Shown in pieces: positions 58,642 through 64,000 of a stretch of DNA of 64,000 nucleotides. Numbering within the stretch: the stretch's first letter is position 1; every line of letters begins with the position of its first letter. The DNA is from Acidobacteriota bacterium (GTDB lineage: Bacteria > Acidobacteriota > Terriglobia > Terriglobales > SCQP01), in the NCBI GenBank assembly GCA_021826505.1, contig JAKAZV010000001.1, positions 34,713 through 98,712 on the forward strand, written 5' to 3'. Position numbers and translations under genes: made by a program. The notes beneath the pieces are model-generated. The model was not told where the DNA came from, did not search any database, and saw nothing but the letters and a program-made list of their open reading frames with translations.

Positions 58642-59581
58642 GTGCTCCCGCCTCGATGAATTCAGAGGTTTGCGGCCCGTGGGCCTCGATCTGTTTTCTC
58701 GCCGGGCTTAAATACCGCTCCGCGACCCAGCCGGCGAAGGCGGCAAAATCCTCCGGGCGCCGCGGCGGGCTGGTATGGTGCGGCTGGCGGCCGAGATGTT
58801 CGGGGGTAAAGCAGAGCGTCAGGGTCAGCTCAAATTCCTCGAGCGCCCGCACCTGCCGGTCAAACCAGGCTTCCGCCCGGGGCCGGAACCAGTCGGCCCA
58901 GCTCAGGCCGGTGCGCAAATGTTTCACTCCCAGCTCGCGCAGCCGCTCCACGGCCGGGCCTAGTCGGGGGTCTTCGAAATGAAACCATTGACAGATGCCC
59001 ATGCCGGCGGGAAAGTGCTGATACGCAAGCTTCAGACCGCCCGAGGCGCGCACCAGGCCCATGTAATAATGCCGGTAATAGGCGCTGCCTTCGCTTTCCT
59101 TATGGCGCGTGGCGGCGTCCCAGCCCGGCGGCAGATCCAGCAGGCTATACCAATGGACTCTTGCCACATGTCCCAGCAGATGCCGTGCCGTCTGATGCAA
59201 TCCAAAAACCTGAACCTCTTCGGCGCCAAACGATGAAGCGCCCGCTTCGGTCACCCACACCGGCTTGCCGCAGGCATTTTCGATGGTTTTCACCTGGCGC
59301 GGCCAGTCATGAATGGGCCAATGGTTCCAGTCGAGGGGAAAGCCATGAATCGCGACGACATCCATCGCCTCGATGACGCCCAGATGATCCAAATGGCGAA
59401 TGAAGCCGGCGTCCACCGGAGAGATGCCGCCCAGCACCAGCTTTATCGCCGGATTGTGCCGCCGTATTTCCGCCGCCGCCCGCAGCGTCATCTCCGCAAA
59501 TATTTTCCATTCTGGATCCTCATGGAAATCCCAGTGCGAAAGGTTGTTGGGTTCGTTCCATAGCATCACGGCTTCGATCAT
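58634..59581 (-). CDS. clan GH-A glycoside hydrolase (beta-xylosidase/GH39-like), cytoplasmic
   Basis: WNEPN acid/base motif, VWVTE nucleophile motif, LGV..LRTGLSW; no signal peptide. Confidence 0.8.
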   Translation of the reverse strand: MIEAVMLWNEPNNLSHWDFHEDPEWKIFAEMTLRAAAEIRRHNPAIKLVLGGISPVDAGFIRHLDHLGVIEAMDVVAIHGFPLDWNHWPIHDWPRQVKTIENACGKPVWVTEAGASSFGAEEVQVFGLHQTARHLLGHVARVHWYSLLDLPPGWDAATRHKESEGSAYYRHYYMGLVRASGGLKLAYQHFPAGMGICQWFHFEDPRLGPAVERLRELGVKHLRTGLSWADWFRPRAEAWFDRQVRALEEFELTLTLCFTPEHLGRQPHHTSPPRRPEDFAAFAGWVAERYLSPARKQIEAHGPQTSEFIEAGAHV

Positions 59582-59727
59582 TCTGATCCGGCTCCGCCTC
59601 GCCTCACCTCCGTTCCAGATGCGGCCATGACTCTGAAGTTTGTTCCGGAAGATGATTTCCGGCCAAAGAACAGTGAATTTCCGGTTCTTTGCTTCAACTC
59701 AAATGTCGGCTGTCCTATACTTTTTCT

Positions 59728-61197
59728 GTGTCCTCCGCATTGCATTCGGCAGCGGCTGAGCTTCTGGCCCGCTTAGGTTCCTCCGCGGTGATAACCCAGC
59801 CCGGCCAGCGCATGCTTTACGAATACGACGGCGGCGTGGATGCGGCGCTGCCCGATCTGGTCGTTTTTCCCAACTCGCGCGCGGAGCTGCAATTCGTGGT
59901 GGAAACCGCCTTCCGGCACGGACTGCCGCTGGTGCCGCGCGGCGCGGGCACCGGCCTGAGCGGAGGCGCGATTGCGCGCCATGGCGGCATTCTGGTGACG
60001 CTCAATCGCATGCGCAGCATTCTGGAACTCGACTATGCCAACCAGCGCGCCCGGATCGAGCCGGGAGTGGTGAACCTGGAGCTTTCGAACGCTGCCGCGC
60101 CGGCCGGCTATTATTTCGTCCCTGACCCTTCCAGCCAGCAGGCTTGCACCATCGGCGGCAACGTGGCGGAAAACAGCGGTGGGCCGCACACGCTGGCCTA
60201 CGGCGTCACGGTCAATCACGTCACCGGTCTGGAAGCCATACTGCCCGACGGCCGCTGGATCACGGCCGGCGGCGCCGCGCTCGATACCGCCGGCCCCGAC
60301 ATCACCGGCCTGCTGACCGGCTCCGAGGGCACGCTGGCGATCGTCGCCTCGATCACGGTCAAGCTGACCCGCCGTCCCGAGGCGGCGCGCACGCTGCTCG
60401 CCATCTACGATTCCATCGAGGCGGCCGCCGTGAGTGTTTCCGCCGTCACCGCGGCGGGCATGGTTCCCGCCGCGCTCGAAATGCTCGATGGCTTTACCCT
60501 GCGCGCGGTCGAGGACTATATTCACGCCGGCTATCCCCGCGACTCGGCCGCCGTGCTGCTGATCGAGCTCGAAGGCATGGAAGAAGAGGTCGAGCCGGGC
60601 ATGCACGCGGTGCGCCGGCTCTGCCTGGGCGCCGGAGCGCGCGAAGTTCAGCTCGCGCGCGATGCCGAGCAGCGCCAGCGCCTGTGGAAAGGCAGGAAGC
60701 ATGCTTTTGGCGCGGCCGGCCGCATCGCTCCCAGCCTGTACGTCATGGATGGCGTCATTCCCCGCACCCGCATCGCGGAGCTGCTGCGCGCCGCCGATGA
60801 GATTGCCCGCCGCTATGAGATTAAGCTCGGCAATATCTTTCACGCCGGCGACGGCAATCTGCATCCTTTAGTCTTTTTTGATCAGCGCCAGCCCGGCGAG
60901 CTTGAGCGCGCCGTCGCCGCCAGCCGCGAAATCATTGCCGCCTGCGTCGCCGCCGGCGGCTCGATCTCGGGCGAGCACGGCATCGGCATGGAAAAAGACC
61001 TGCTCATGCCGCTGATTTTTTCCGAAGACGATCTCGACTTCATGCGCCGCATCCGCACTGTTTTTAATCCCCAGGGCCGGCTGAACCCGGGCAAGCTATT
61101 GCCCGAGTTCCGCGCCTGCCGCGAAACCATGAACTCCTGGCAGCGCTCGGCGCCGGCGGCGATGCCGGAGCCGCTTTCCGTGGCTCCGATAGCATGA
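59728..61197 (+). CDS. glcD: glycolate oxidase subunit GlcD-like FAD oxidoreductase
   Basis: PRGAGTGLSGG, PDPSS...CTIGGNVAENSGG, FHAGDGNLHP, GEHGIG.EK, LNPGK. Confidence 0.9.
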   Translation: MSSALHSAAAELLARLGSSAVITQPGQRMLYEYDGGVDAALPDLVVFPNSRAELQFVVETAFRHGLPLVPRGAGTGLSGGAIARHGGILVTLNRMRSILELDYANQRARIEPGVVNLELSNAAAPAGYYFVPDPSSQQACTIGGNVAENSGGPHTLAYGVTVNHVTGLEAILPDGRWITAGGAALDTAGPDITGLLTGSEGTLAIVASITVKLTRRPEAARTLLAIYDSIEAAAVSVSAVTAAGMVPAALEMLDGFTLRAVEDYIHAGYPRDSAAVLLIELEGMEEEVEPGMHAVRRLCLGAGAREVQLARDAEQRQRLWKGRKHAFGAAGRIAPSLYVMDGVIPRTRIAELLRAADEIARRYEIKLGNIFHAGDGNLHPLVFFDQRQPGELERAVAASREIIAACVAAGGSISGEHGIGMEKDLLMPLIFSEDDLDFMRRIRTVFNPQGRLNPGKLLPEFRACRETMNSWQRSAPAAMPEPLSVAPIA

Positions 61198-62368
61198 CCA
61201 CGATTGCCGCCATCCCGTCCGCATCTCCCGCCACGCCAGCCGAAGTCCAGGCATGGGTGCGGGAGGCCATTGCCAGCCGATCGCCGATTGCGCTGGATGC
61301 CGCAAGCCAATTTCCAGACCGGAAACGGATGGATCTGAGCCGTCTCGGCGTCTGGCGTTTCTGGGAGCCGGACGATCTGACCTGCGGCGCCGAGGCCGGC
61401 CTCACGCCCCAGGCAGTTCAGCTACGCCTTTCCGAACGGCATCTCTTCCTGCCCTTTGATCTGCCCAACCCCGGGATCCGGCTGGGCGCGGCGCTCGCCG
61501 GACATCATTCCGGACCCTTGCGCCAGGGCTACGGAACGCTGCGGGATTTCGTGATCGGCATCGAATTTATCACCGGCACGGGAGAGCTCGTCAAGGCGGG
61601 CGGACGGGTGGTAAAAAACGTCGCCGGCTACGATTTAATGAAGCTCATGATAGGCTCGCGAGGAAGTTTCGGCATCATCACCGCGGCAAACTTCCGGCTC
61701 TTTCCCGCGCCCGCGCCGGCGGCCACCTGGCTGATTCCATGCTCCGGCTGGGAGGCGGCGGCGCGCTTTCGCGCCGCGCTCATGGCCTCCTTTCTGAAAC
61801 CCATTGCACTTGAGCTGGCATCGTTTGCGCCGCCGCAATTTGCCGCCGCGGCCGATGAGTCGCTCTGGCTGGCGGTGCGCTGCGCCGGCGATGAGCCGGT
61901 TCACCAGCGCTATGAACGGGAGCTGAGTGCGATGGCGCGAGAGATTCACAGCGAGCTTCTGGCCATACCCGCCGAGGGGGAATCCGGCTTCTGGGAAGAA
62001 TGGAATGCCTGGCCGGCTTCGGCCCAGGCGCGTTTCAGCGCGCCGCCGGAGCCGGCCTTGCGCGCCCTGCCGCGGATCGCCGATCACGCGCGCAAGGCCG
62101 GCCTCGCGGTTGATTTTCAGGGCCGGCTGGGGCTGGGCGCATATCGCCTGCGTTTCCGTCCCTTGCCTTCGCCGGAGTGGCTGGCATCCATGCGCGGCCA
62201 ACTGGCCACGCTGGGTGAAAACTGGCTGACGCTGCCCTCCGCCGCCTCGCCGCTGGCTGCCTGGGGGCAGCTTGCGACTTCGCGGGAATTTCTGCGCGAG
62301 CTCAAACAGCAGCTTGATCCGCACGGCATTCTTCCCGACCCCTTTGGGCTGACCGCTGGAAACATGTA

Positions 62369-62369
<1 letters not shown>
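61194..62369 (+). CDS. glcE: glycolate oxidase FAD-binding subunit GlcE-like
   Basis: SGPLR..YG.LRD, GGRVVKNVAGYDL.KL..GS.G; between glcD and glcF. Confidence 0.85.

Positions 62370-64000
<1,631 letters not shown>

Overview
GC-rich bacterial chromosome segment from a diderm. Gene families and order (recO-glyQ-glyS, paired DUF507 genes, class D-like sortases, Crp with an RSRVNFF helix, CRTAC1/ASPIC protein) resemble Acidobacteria; that taxonomic call is an inference. Left accessory block (about 2-11 kb): sortase with an LPXTG substrate, a Crp/Fnr regulator, a SYLF/YSC84 fragment, an Ig-repeat DUF3494 lipoprotein and a beta-barrel/OmpA protein. This block carries three copies of a putative Crp-family operator and a palindromic sigma54-like element. 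Middle: hppA, an orphan pilin, an M13 peptidase, recO/glyQS, era/nrdR/glnD, a second sortase, and a SAM-I riboswitch upstream of a threonine-synthase paralog plus a ThiS/MoaD-like sulfur carrier, transcribed divergently from nagB-thrC-thrB-hom. Right: a decayed Ser/Thr kinase, a six-gene glycosylation operon (an apparently circularly permuted GH-A hydrolase, an epimerase, a GT4 and three CgeB-like GTs) and glcDEF. I saw no rRNA, tRNA or CRISPR array. All product calls come from motif recognition by eye; no database search was run.
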